Shown here in pieces: positions 36,170 to 45,600 of a DNA stretch of 64,000 nt (positions within the stretch are counted from its first letter, which is position 1; each line of letters begins with the position of its first letter). Location of the stretch: contig JAFQCU010000001.1 of assembly GCA_017416285.1 (NCBI GenBank), positions 26,556 to 90,555 of the forward strand, in the 5' to 3' direction. Below the pieces are notes generated by a model. That model had not been told where the DNA came from, searched no databases, and saw only the letters and a list, made by a program, of their open reading frames with translations. Made by a program: the position numbers and the translations under genes. The stretch is from Clostridia bacterium. GTDB lineage: Bacteria; Bacillota; Clostridia; Oscillospirales; Acutalibacteraceae.

Positions 36170-38067
36170 TCCAATCTAGTAGTATAAATAGCCATTGAAT
36201 TGGCCGGTAAAACGTCGGAAATTACGTCACTAACATTTTCAAATATCTTATCAATTCCAATTATTTCGCCCTTATCATCTGGAACAATCTTAGCCGAATC
36301 ATAAAGATGACGAGCGAATTTAGCCTTAATTTCGGATTCGAATTCGATATTAACTTCACGTGCTTCTTTGCCTGAATTAACCGCTAAAATAGTATAATTA
36401 CCATCGCTTGCCTTCACTAATGAAGCGCAAATCGTATCATTAACGTTGCCCTCGTAAATTTTTGAATCGTGGTCCCCTAAATACTTACTCATAAGCGTAA
36501 AAGCATAGTAAGAGGGATACGGTGTGTGTGTTCTTTTTAAGTTCGGCATAATACCAAAACGATGATCACCGTCAACGAAATTATCAAATCCATCCCATTT
36601 ACAGAAAGGCCATCTTTGGTCAAACAAAGACCAAAGCAGGTTGCAGTTTACACCGGAATTCAAGAAAGCGGTTTGAATTTCAGCCAATGCAATTCCCTGC
36701 AAGGGATTTGTATACATATCGTAAAAACAAGCGTTATATTCATCAAACCAAAATTCCTTACCTTCGGGAACACAGCGAGTGTATCTTGAAAGCATATGGG
36801 AAACACCCGTATATAAGGGTACCTTATCATCCTTATAACCTATGCCACCCTTATAAGCAAGCCAAGCGGTGCTCTTTTGATCTTCGAAACTACCATTTTC
36901 TAAAAGTTCTTTATTATCGCCAACCTTATGAAGCGAAACTTTGTCATAAAACATTGTAGCCTCAAAAGGAAGCACATCATGGTATATACCTATATAAGCA
37001 TAATCCTTATCACAGGTATTAAACTTCATTGAATATTTTTTCCACTCAAGTGAAATTTCATTAACAGGAATACTAATTACACTGTTTTCCGTAAGATTAC
37101 TTACGCCTTCAAGACCTGCCTGAATAAGTGTATTTTCAATTTCAGTAGCTTCAAAAGCACCAAATAAAAATCCACGTTGCCAAGTTTCAATATTGCTGCC
37201 TTCAGCTGCCTTGGCATATAACTCAAGCACGTATTCGGTATTGGGTTCAAGCTTAACGTATTGTTGAGCTCTAAAACCGGGAACACTTAACTTCAATGAA
37301 CCAATTCCGTTATAGGTTTCACGTTCAATATCGACCGTATCAATATAATCCATATATTTATGGGATGAATAAATATCAATACTGTCATCAATACTTTTTA
37401 CAGCCCATTGAAGCATCTTAGGATCGCAATCGCCCATAACGCCGGTATTAGGACCTACAAGCTTAACGAGGTGTCGACGGTGATCTGCACGTAGTTGACG
37501 GTCAACCGCCCTTGCACAAAGCTCATATGCTTTATAATCGGGAAGGTCATCCCTTTCGCAAGAAAGAGTCCAACAACCATCATTTGGTTCAGTTAAAATA
37601 ATAAGATACTTAATATTAGTGTATCCCCTAATTTCGATAAGCTGATGAACAACCTCGCTCACCCAATTTCCGTATTTTTTTGCGGCAATTTTTGGGTTTT
37701 CATCGTATAAGGGAGATTCTTTATTTATAAAAATATGACCGGCAATCCACCAAGCGGCATTGAGAGCAACCTCTACACCAAATTCCTGCATTTTCGAAAG
37801 CCACTTATAGAGTGCCTGCATTTCTTCGTTTTCCCAATTCCATTCGCCATCTTTATAAGCACACAAATCAAAAAAGGTACGAGCGATTTTAAGTTCCATA
37901 TTCTTAACACGCTCAAGCTCTAAATTACGTTCTTCCTCGTTATACTGCTTATCAGGATAATCAGCACGAAATGTATATGCATGATAAATGGCGCCAGCAC
38001 CATGAAAGTGCTCTTGAATACAATTATTATTGTTAAGTTTTAAAGATACTTTTTTAATTTCTGACAT
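36166..38067 (-). CDS. Cytoplasmic TIM-barrel (clan GH-A-like) glycosidase candidate with an internal beta-sandwich insertion; family unassigned
   Basis: 633 aa. Putative acid/base in ILTEPND (E160, nt 37588-37590). Putative nucleophile in FWFDEYN (E443, nt 36739-36741). Paralogous to the 41024-42682 product. No signal peptide. Confidence 0.45.
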   Translation of the reverse strand: MSEIKKVSLKLNNNNCIQEHFHGAGAIYHAYTFRADYPDKQYNEEERNLELERVKNMELKIARTFFDLCAYKDGEWNWENEEMQALYKWLSKMQEFGVEVALNAAWWIAGHIFINKESPLYDENPKIAAKKYGNWVSEVVHQLIEIRGYTNIKYLIILTEPNDGCWTLSCERDDLPDYKAYELCARAVDRQLRADHRRHLVKLVGPNTGVMGDCDPKMLQWAVKSIDDSIDIYSSHKYMDYIDTVDIERETYNGIGSLKLSVPGFRAQQYVKLEPNTEYVLELYAKAAEGSNIETWQRGFLFGAFEATEIENTLIQAGLEGVSNLTENSVISIPVNEISLEWKKYSMKFNTCDKDYAYIGIYHDVLPFEATMFYDKVSLHKVGDNKELLENGSFEDQKSTAWLAYKGGIGYKDDKVPLYTGVSHMLSRYTRCVPEGKEFWFDEYNACFYDMYTNPLQGIALAEIQTAFLNSGVNCNLLWSLFDQRWPFCKWDGFDNFVDGDHRFGIMPNLKRTHTPYPSYYAFTLMSKYLGDHDSKIYEGNVNDTICASLVKASDGNYTILAVNSGKEAREVNIEFESEIKAKFARHLYDSAKIVPDDKGEIIGIDKIFENVSDVISDVLPANSMAIYTTRLD

Positions 38068-38091
38068 AAATATATCTCCTTAAAGAGACTC

Positions 38092-38129
38092 TTTGTAACG
38101 AAGGCAATAGCTATTGCCTTCGTTACAAA
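38092..38129 (-). promoter_or_regulatory. Perfect 38-nt palindrome (up to 19-bp hairpin) between fucI and the downstream glycosidase gene
   Basis: TTTGTAACGAAGGCAATAG|CTATTGCCTTCGTTACAAA. No U tract follows it on either strand. Confidence 0.6.
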
Positions 38130-38138
38130 AAATTATAA

Positions 38139-39944
38139 TTACTTCTTGAATTGCGGACCATAGGTCTGACAAGCACGATAGTCCTGACCTTCCTTATCCA
38201 TTCCAAAAGCGTTCCAGCAAGCAGGACGGAAAATATCATCCTCGGGAACGTTGTGCATACAAACAGGTATGCGAAGCATCGAACACATTGTAATTAAATC
38301 TGCACCAATATGACCATAAGAAATTGCACCGTGGTTAGCACCCCAGTTATTCATTACGTCATAAGCAGTTTTAAAGGGGCTGCCCTCTTTACCGTCGGTA
38401 CGGGGAGCAAACCAAGTACAAGGCCATGTCGGATTCGTTCTTTCCATAAGAGTATCTGATACTTCATCAGGAAGGTTAACTGTCCAACCTTCGGCAATTT
38501 GTAAAACGGGACCCAAACCTTTTACAAGGTTAAGTCTTATCATTGTGCAAGGCATTTCGGCCTTGGTGGTAAAGTGGCTCGAGAAGCCGCCACCACGGAA
38601 GTTATCAAAGCCGGCTTCGCACCAAACGGTAGCATCGGTCATCTTTTTGATATCTTCTTCGGTAACTTCCCACCATTTTTTCATTATGGCATTTCCGTTT
38701 TCATCGGTACATACGCCCGATGCATCAAGACAAGCCGCACCCGAGTTAAGAAGGTGAATTACACCGCCTGCTTCTTTTGCCTTGCCTTCAAATTCATAAC
38801 CGGCAACACGCTTTGTAGCTTCGGGTGACCAATAGGTACGAACGTCAGCAAAAATCTGTGCACGGTGGGTAAGCAATCTCATAAAGAGCATACCCATACC
38901 GTTTAATACGTCATTTTCAGTAGCAAGTGTGTATGGCTCACGAGCACCCTCATAGTCAAACGAAGAACTCAAAAGTGCTTCGGGATAGTCACAGTTGGGC
39001 CAATGGTCTGTCCATTGACGCTGTCCTTGGAAGCCACCAACAATAGCATTATGGCCAACCATTTCTTCTTCAAAGCCTTCGGGCAAGTTTTTGTTTCCTG
39101 CCATAAGGTCCTTGATTATGCAATACATTTTGACGGTGAATTCCCACTGCTTTTCTTTTTCTTCGGGAGAAAATTTAACAAATTCAGGGTTATCGTCTCT
39201 TCCCTCTTTGCAATGTTCTTTAGTCCAAGCAAGGGCTTTTTGATATTCTTCCTCGTTATAAATGCCTTCTTCCATACGACGGAGAATTTCAACCTCGTCA
39301 ACCGATTCAACACGCATACCGAAGTATTCTTCCATAAAGCTTTGGTCCATAATTGAACCTGCAATACCCATACACTGTGAACCGATTTGAAGATATGACT
39401 TACCACGCATGGTAGCAACCGCAATAGCTGCACGACCAAAGCGTAAAAGCTTTTCTTTTACGTCTTCAGGAATAGTGTCAACCATATCGGTGTCCTGTAC
39501 TTCATGGCCATAAATACCGAAAGCAGGAAGTCCCTTTTGTGCGTGACCTGCCAAAACAGCAGCAAGATAAACTGCACCGGGTCTTTCGGTACCGTTAAAG
39601 CCCCATACACCCTTAATGGTGTGGGGGTCCATATCCATTGTTTCAGAGCCATAGCACCAGCAAGGTGTTACAGAAAGGGTGATATCAACACCCTCTTTTT
39701 TAAATTTATCAGCGCAAGCTGCAGTTTCGGGCACACGACCGATAGTGGTATCTGCCATTACAACCTTTACAGGTTCACCATTTGAATAGAAAAGATTTTC
39801 TTCAAACAATTTTTTTGCAGCATTTGCCAAAGCCCAAACCTGAGGCTCTAAGCTTTCACGTAACTTCATTGGTCCACGTCTGCCATCAACAACAGGACGT
39901 ATACCAATTACGGGATAATCGCCAATATATCTGTTATTTGCCAT
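38139..39944 (-). CDS. fucI: L-fucose isomerase
   Basis: 601 aa. The N-terminal [24 protein letters not shown] pattern and the length match FucI. Confidence 0.9.
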   Translation of the reverse strand: MANNRYIGDYPVIGIRPVVDGRRGPMKLRESLEPQVWALANAAKKLFEENLFYSNGEPVKVVMADTTIGRVPETAACADKFKKEGVDITLSVTPCWCYGSETMDMDPHTIKGVWGFNGTERPGAVYLAAVLAGHAQKGLPAFGIYGHEVQDTDMVDTIPEDVKEKLLRFGRAAIAVATMRGKSYLQIGSQCMGIAGSIMDQSFMEEYFGMRVESVDEVEILRRMEEGIYNEEEYQKALAWTKEHCKEGRDDNPEFVKFSPEEKEKQWEFTVKMYCIIKDLMAGNKNLPEGFEEEMVGHNAIVGGFQGQRQWTDHWPNCDYPEALLSSSFDYEGAREPYTLATENDVLNGMGMLFMRLLTHRAQIFADVRTYWSPEATKRVAGYEFEGKAKEAGGVIHLLNSGAACLDASGVCTDENGNAIMKKWWEVTEEDIKKMTDATVWCEAGFDNFRGGGFSSHFTTKAEMPCTMIRLNLVKGLGPVLQIAEGWTVNLPDEVSDTLMERTNPTWPCTWFAPRTDGKEGSPFKTAYDVMNNWGANHGAISYGHIGADLITMCSMLRIPVCMHNVPEDDIFRPACWNAFGMDKEGQDYRACQTYGPQFKK

Positions 39945-39946
39945 AA

Positions 39947-40960
39947 TTATTCACCCTTTTTTGCTTCTTTTTCTCTTAAAAGAGCGCCCAACTTCTTGAA
40001 AATTTCAATTGTAGGAGCAGGAATTCTGCCAAGACCGTCGGGGCCAACATTCAAAAGATAGTTGATGCCACGTTCATTAAGATGTTCCTTAATCTTAAAC
40101 ACTTCTTCAGCTGACTTCCAGTTATTATCAAAGCTCTTATAACCCCAAGTATCGTTGAGGGTACAAGCCGATTCATATAATGTTGTCATATAATCGTCGG
40201 GAATTTCATTATCACCGCAAGAGAAATAATCCCCAACACCGTTACCGATACGTGAATTGACAAGCGCATTGGGCTGATATTTCTTAACCATATCATAAAG
40301 CTCCATGCTCTGTTCCGGAGTAATAACACCGGGTGTATCGAACCAAATAAGACATAAGTCGCCATATTTGGTTAAAATTTCTTTAACCTGAGGTTTAATT
40401 TTCTTTTCAAAGCAAATAGAATAATCCTTTTCTCCTTCAGGGAAATCCCAATGGTTAGACCATCTGCAGCCCTTTAAGTCCTTTTCGGTTATGTTGTAAC
40501 CGCCGCCGTGCTCTTCGTGCCAGTCAAGTTCTTGTGAATAATAAAGACCAAACTTCATATCAGCACGCTTACAAGCGTCAGCAAGCTCTTTGATAATATC
40601 ACGCTTAAAGGGTGTAGCATCAACTACGTTAAAGGGGTCAGCTTCAGACTTAAATAGTGCAAAGCCTTCGTGATGCTTACTGGTAATTACAATATACTTC
40701 ATACCTGCTTCTTTTGCGAGTGCTACCCATTCGTCAGCATCAAAGAAAACAGGATTAAAAGCCTGTGCTAATTTTTCATATTCTTTAATCGGGATTTCAT
40801 AACGAGGCATAATCCATTCGCCAACGGGATCCCAGCCCTTAACCATTTCATCGTTATAGTCATAACGTTGACCGTTATATTCACCGGCAAGCAAGGAATA
40901 AAGTCCCCAATGGATCATCATACCGAATTTTGCCTCTTTAAACCACTCTTTATTAGTCAT
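39947..40960 (-). CDS. Alpha-L-fucosidase (GH29), catalytic domain only
   Basis: 337 aa. Motifs [17 protein letters not shown] and HHEGFALF. No signal peptide. Confidence 0.9.
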   Translation of the reverse strand: MTNKEWFKEAKFGMMIHWGLYSLLAGEYNGQRYDYNDEMVKGWDPVGEWIMPRYEIPIKEYEKLAQAFNPVFFDADEWVALAKEAGMKYIVITSKHHEGFALFKSEADPFNVVDATPFKRDIIKELADACKRADMKFGLYYSQELDWHEEHGGGYNITEKDLKGCRWSNHWDFPEGEKDYSICFEKKIKPQVKEILTKYGDLCLIWFDTPGVITPEQSMELYDMVKKYQPNALVNSRIGNGVGDYFSCGDNEIPDDYMTTLYESACTLNDTWGYKSFDNNWKSAEEVFKIKEHLNERGINYLLNVGPDGLGRIPAPTIEIFKKLGALLREKEAKKGE

Positions 40961-40987
40961 TTTTTTGCCTCCAAAATATAGTGCAAT

Positions 40988-41016
40988 GACTATCCCGATT
41001 AAAAATCGGGATAGTC
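40988..41016 (-). promoter_or_regulatory. Intercistronic hairpin (12-13 bp) after the lipoprotein glycosidase gene
   Basis: GACTATCCCGATT-aaa-AATCGGGATAGTC. No adjacent U tract on the minus strand. Confidence 0.5.
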
Positions 41017-41023
41017 TTATAAA

Positions 41024-42682
41024 TTACTCCTTAACAGTTGAATAAACGGTTATGGAACCTGCGGGAATTGTATCCTGTAAAACTTTATCAACGTTTTTAA
41101 AGCCCTTATCGGCATCAATCATTTCAGCCGAGGTATTAGGTTTGATTGTAACGGGGTCAAAGCAATATCTGTACATATTCTTGCCGATACTCTTCTTGAA
41201 GTTGATGCTTATCTTTTGTTCCATAGAGGTTGAATTGACAACGATAACGTTTTGGTACTTTTTGCCGTCCTTTTCGTATTCAACCATTGAAAGACATACA
41301 CCGTTTTCTCCTTCAGCGTAATAAATCTTATTATTCGAGAATTCACCGGCAAATCTGGTAAGCAATGAATATCCGTAAAACAGCTTATAAGGAATTGCGC
41401 TGGTATAGAGCGAAGGAGCAGTACCTAAAATATGGATACCTTCTTTAAATTCGCCGCCTGTATCGGTTCTTGTAGGCCATACGATTTCAAACATTTGCCA
41501 ATAAATACAACTGTTAACTCCCGAATTCATTGCAGCAATTACCGTTTGAGCAATTTGCTGAGCATAGAAGTCGGTCTTTTGATTTTCGATAGCGTTACCG
41601 CCATACATCCATTCGTCAAACCAGAACGGCTTGCCGGTTTTCGAAATAATTCTTACGAATTCTTCAAAATAATATACCCAGAGGTCATAGTTATCATCGT
41701 AAACAGATGCAGCTGAATTGATGGTACCCGAACCGGGCCATGTAGGAATATACCAGTGGAAGGTATAAACGTCGATGTAATCGTCAATTCTGCTAATCCA
41801 CCAGTTGATTTCTTCCTCTAAGGTTTCACCCTCATAGAAATCTTTGCTTAAGCCGTACTGAGGACCGGTAAGCTTTACCATATCACGTAGACCCTCGTCC
41901 TTAAGCTTCTTATCGGTTGCCTGAATAACGTCAACGGTTACTTCCCAAGCATTCTTGGTTTCCTTTTTACCCGGAGCAACATAGAAGGTATATTCATTGA
42001 AGTGATAGGGTTCAGTAAACATTACGAAATATTCAATATCGTAACCACGTTTGATGATAACCTCTTCAATAAAGAGCTTAACCCAATCGGAGTACATATC
42101 GAGCATATCAGAATAAATGTTCAACTGACCGCTTATATACCAAGGAATAGTATATTTGAGGTGGTCTTGAGTGGTGGCATTGGCAATAGAGCCAATACCC
42201 CAACCCATATTAACTGCAACCTCAATATCACGTTCTTCCATAGCGTCAAGCCATTTATAGAACGCCTGCATTCTTTCGCTGTCCCAGTCGTAGATGACCT
42301 GGTCGCCGTTACGTTCTTTAAAAGCAAATCCGGCGTCCATATAAGAACGAACCATACCTACGTCCATATCGTCCATTCTTTTAAGTTCTTCTTCTATCTG
42401 AGCATCACTATAATTACGGCCGTACTCATCGGGCAAGAACATAAAGCCCTGGTTAATAGCGTTAACACCATTCCATTTAGAATTAAACACCTTATTGTTT
42501 TCAACATTAAGATTTAAAACCTCAGGATCAGATTCGGTAAATGTCTGTGTTTCATACACGGGGTCCTTGGCTGCAGAATTATCGGCAGGTACTTCTACCT
42601 TAGTTTCAACGTATTTGCCACAACCAGCAACACCTAAAACCATAACCAAAGCCAATACTAAAGCAATAATTTTTTTAGTCAT
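41024..42682 (-). CDS. Surface lipoprotein, TIM-barrel (clan GH-A-like) glycosidase candidate; family unassigned
   Basis: 552 aa. Lipobox LGVAGC. Motifs MFTEPYH and FWFDEWM. Paralogue of the 36166-38067 product. Confidence 0.45.
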   Translation of the reverse strand: MTKKIIALVLALVMVLGVAGCGKYVETKVEVPADNSAAKDPVYETQTFTESDPEVLNLNVENNKVFNSKWNGVNAINQGFMFLPDEYGRNYSDAQIEEELKRMDDMDVGMVRSYMDAGFAFKERNGDQVIYDWDSERMQAFYKWLDAMEERDIEVAVNMGWGIGSIANATTQDHLKYTIPWYISGQLNIYSDMLDMYSDWVKLFIEEVIIKRGYDIEYFVMFTEPYHFNEYTFYVAPGKKETKNAWEVTVDVIQATDKKLKDEGLRDMVKLTGPQYGLSKDFYEGETLEEEINWWISRIDDYIDVYTFHWYIPTWPGSGTINSAASVYDDNYDLWVYYFEEFVRIISKTGKPFWFDEWMYGGNAIENQKTDFYAQQIAQTVIAAMNSGVNSCIYWQMFEIVWPTRTDTGGEFKEGIHILGTAPSLYTSAIPYKLFYGYSLLTRFAGEFSNNKIYYAEGENGVCLSMVEYEKDGKKYQNVIVVNSTSMEQKISINFKKSIGKNMYRYCFDPVTIKPNTSAEMIDADKGFKNVDKVLQDTIPAGSITVYSTVKE

Positions 42683-42697
42683 CGTTTTGTACCTCCT

Positions 42698-45600
42698 TTA
42701 ATTCTTCTTGCGCTTTTTAGCCAAAATAACAATTAAAACAACGGCTGCAGCGCCAACAACAAGCACGCCACCAATAATTGAAAGAACAATTACAAGCACG
42801 CTGGGGCCAACCCATTCTCTTGTAATGAGATACTTCTTATTGTTTGTGCCTTCGCTTCCCTCTTCAACAAGAACCTCTTCGGTAATTACTTTATCAGGGA
42901 AAGCAATCGGGTCGGTTTCTTGGAAAGCAGTCTTATAATCACCATAGGTGTTCGGGTCAACCTTAAAGCCACGTTCAGCAACAAAAATTTCAACCATATC
43001 AAGCTCTAAGGTACCCTTAGTACCCTTAATTACGAGATATGCATCCTTGCTGCTGCCAGAATTAAAGCTGAAGTTTACACGGTTCCACTTGCCGTCATCC
43101 TTCATAGGAAGCTTGCCGGTTTCACCGTTCTTAATGTTTTCAAATACAGTATATTCGCCGTCGCTATAAAGTCCTACGGTAATATCGCTGCCCTTTGAAA
43201 GCTTAGTCCAAGCTGCAAAGGTGTAGTTTTTATTCTGCTTAGAAAGCGGAATAACTCTTACGTATTCTTTGCCGTTAGATGCAGCGGCATCAAACTTGAA
43301 CTGGTAATTCTGTTGCCAGTCATGTTCCTTGTTGGTTACCTTTTCTACTGTTGCGCCGTCAGTTAACGGACCCCAGTTTTCGTTGGTAACTTCTTCTTCA
43401 AAGTGAGAGTTTGAAACCTCATTAAAGAATTTTTCGGTATACTTAAGGTTTTCAAAATCGGGTGTGCGTTCTACAAGTTCAACACGGTCAATGTATATAT
43501 CGTCGACCGAAGCACCTTCGTTACGGTTTGCATGGAACTTACAAATCTGGAAGCAGAAACCGTCTTTGTCGGTATGGTCCTTAGTAACAGTACCTAAAAG
43601 ATACTTGTACCAACCGTTATTTTCTTCTAAAGCAGAAGCTTTTTGAGGTTTAATGTTAGTTGAAACACCGATATATGCATATTCGCCTGATTGAAGCATA
43701 TCCGACTGGTCGCGGGTATTTGAACCAAGGAATGCATAATAGTAAACGTTTTCTGCCGGCTGTGCAGGCTTAATCCAAACGTATACGTCATAGGTGTAGT
43801 CATCCTTCATCTGGAATTCCTTGTTAGAAACTACGGGGAAGAAAATACTGGTTTCAATACTTTCCATAATCTTACCGGGTTTAGCGTGAAGTGATTGTTT
43901 GCCTTCTAATACGTTCTTAGGATCATTAACAATTTCATAATATTCGAAACCGATATCGCCAAGCTCGTAATCTTCAAAGCCCTGAACAATAACTGTACCG
44001 GGTTTTGCCTTACCGCTAAAGCGTGCTTCAAGCTTATGATTATCGCTAATGTCGTTTAAACGATAGGTCTTATTGGTAGAAACCAAATCACCGTATTCGT
44101 ACCAACCTTCAAAGGTAGCGCCTTCAAATGCGTTAGCAACTACTCTTGCATCATCACCTGCTTGAACACCGAAGGACTTGGTAACAGTACCGAGTGTTGC
44201 ATCGTTAGGTGAGGTTTCAATTGAATACTGTTCAGTTAAAGTGAAATTATCGAACCACATGGTTCTGGGTTCACTACTGTCATTAACGTCATAAATTACC
44301 AACTTAAAGTATTGCGCATTAGGAACAACCTCGCCCGTTGTAAGAGTAAAGGTTACGGTATTCCAGCCACGTGTTCCAACATTGTTGATAAATGACCACT
44401 GAGTATCTGAACCCATACCAAGGTTCTTTTTATCGTAACCAAACGCTGCTGCATAATCGGTAAACGGAGCTTCAACATAGTAGTCAAGCGAAACCTTATA
44501 GGTCGTATTTGACTTCATCTTTATACCCTTAAAGACATAGGTTTGGTTAGAGTTTTTAGAAGTATTAGTGTATTCGGTAGCATTAACAACCTTAAAGGTA
44601 CCGCCCTTTTCGCTTGAGTGCTCGAATACAGCTTCTGCTTGCTTAAAGTAAGGATAGATTGAATCGTCCTTATCGTCAAAGGTAAGTTTGGTAACTACCT
44701 TATTGTTATCGATTTCGGTTTCTTCAACGGTAAAGTCATCAAAGAATACCCAAGCATCTGGGTTGAGAACAAGCTGGAACCAATCAGCCGAAGCGTTTGT
44801 AATATTACCTGTTGAGAATACTACCTTAACCTCGGTCCAACCGTCGGCATTATTTTTCTTAAACCAGGTAACGTCATTTGCTTTACCGAGAGCAGATTCG
44901 ATAAACTTAACACCAAAAAGGTTTAACTCACCGCTTGCGGTGGGATTTGCCTGATAGTATTTAAAGATAAGCTTATATGTTTTGTTCTTTTCAAGAGTGA
45001 GGGGGCTCTTAGCACCGCCGAGAGTAATCGACGCACCGTCCTTACCTGCCTTCCCCTTTAAAATAGCGATTTCAAGACCGCTTAAGTTGCCCGAAGGAAC
45101 GTAATCAGGGTCAATCTTAGCAGGAAGCTTAACAACAGTTGCACCAGCTGAGGTTTTACCTTCGTTGGTTTCATCAAAGGTTAAACGGGCCACTTCGGTA
45201 TCACCATCGTATACACAGAAGTTATCAAGATAACCCTTAAAGCCGGCGCCTACGTATAAGGTATGATAAGCAAGGGCTTTATCACCTGTCGGAGTAAAGT
45301 TAACCGACTGGGTTGCCCATTCGTTAAGCTTGTCAGAGGTATCCCACCAATTTTGGCCGGTGATACCGCCACCTGTGTTATGAACACCAACATAGCAGTG
45401 ACCTTTAAAGCTTTCATTAAGTGCATAGTTATCAAACTTTAAGGTATAAGTCTTACCGGGGGTAAGAGACATTTCGGGAACACCCAAAAGGTTAAACCAA
45501 ATTTGACCTGATTGAATATCATTAGCTGAGTTATCAATATAAATCGCATAATTCGGTTCAGAAGGTTTAACTGTCGTATTGTTGGTTTTTTCTTTTTCAA

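Noticed and set aside
38092-38129. Palindrome as a Rho-independent terminator (the same applies to the hairpins at 40988-41016 and 48029-48051)
   Set aside because: No U tract follows the stem on the transcribed (minus) strand, and the downstream genes have only an SD and no obvious promoter. They are reported as structural elements of unknown role instead.
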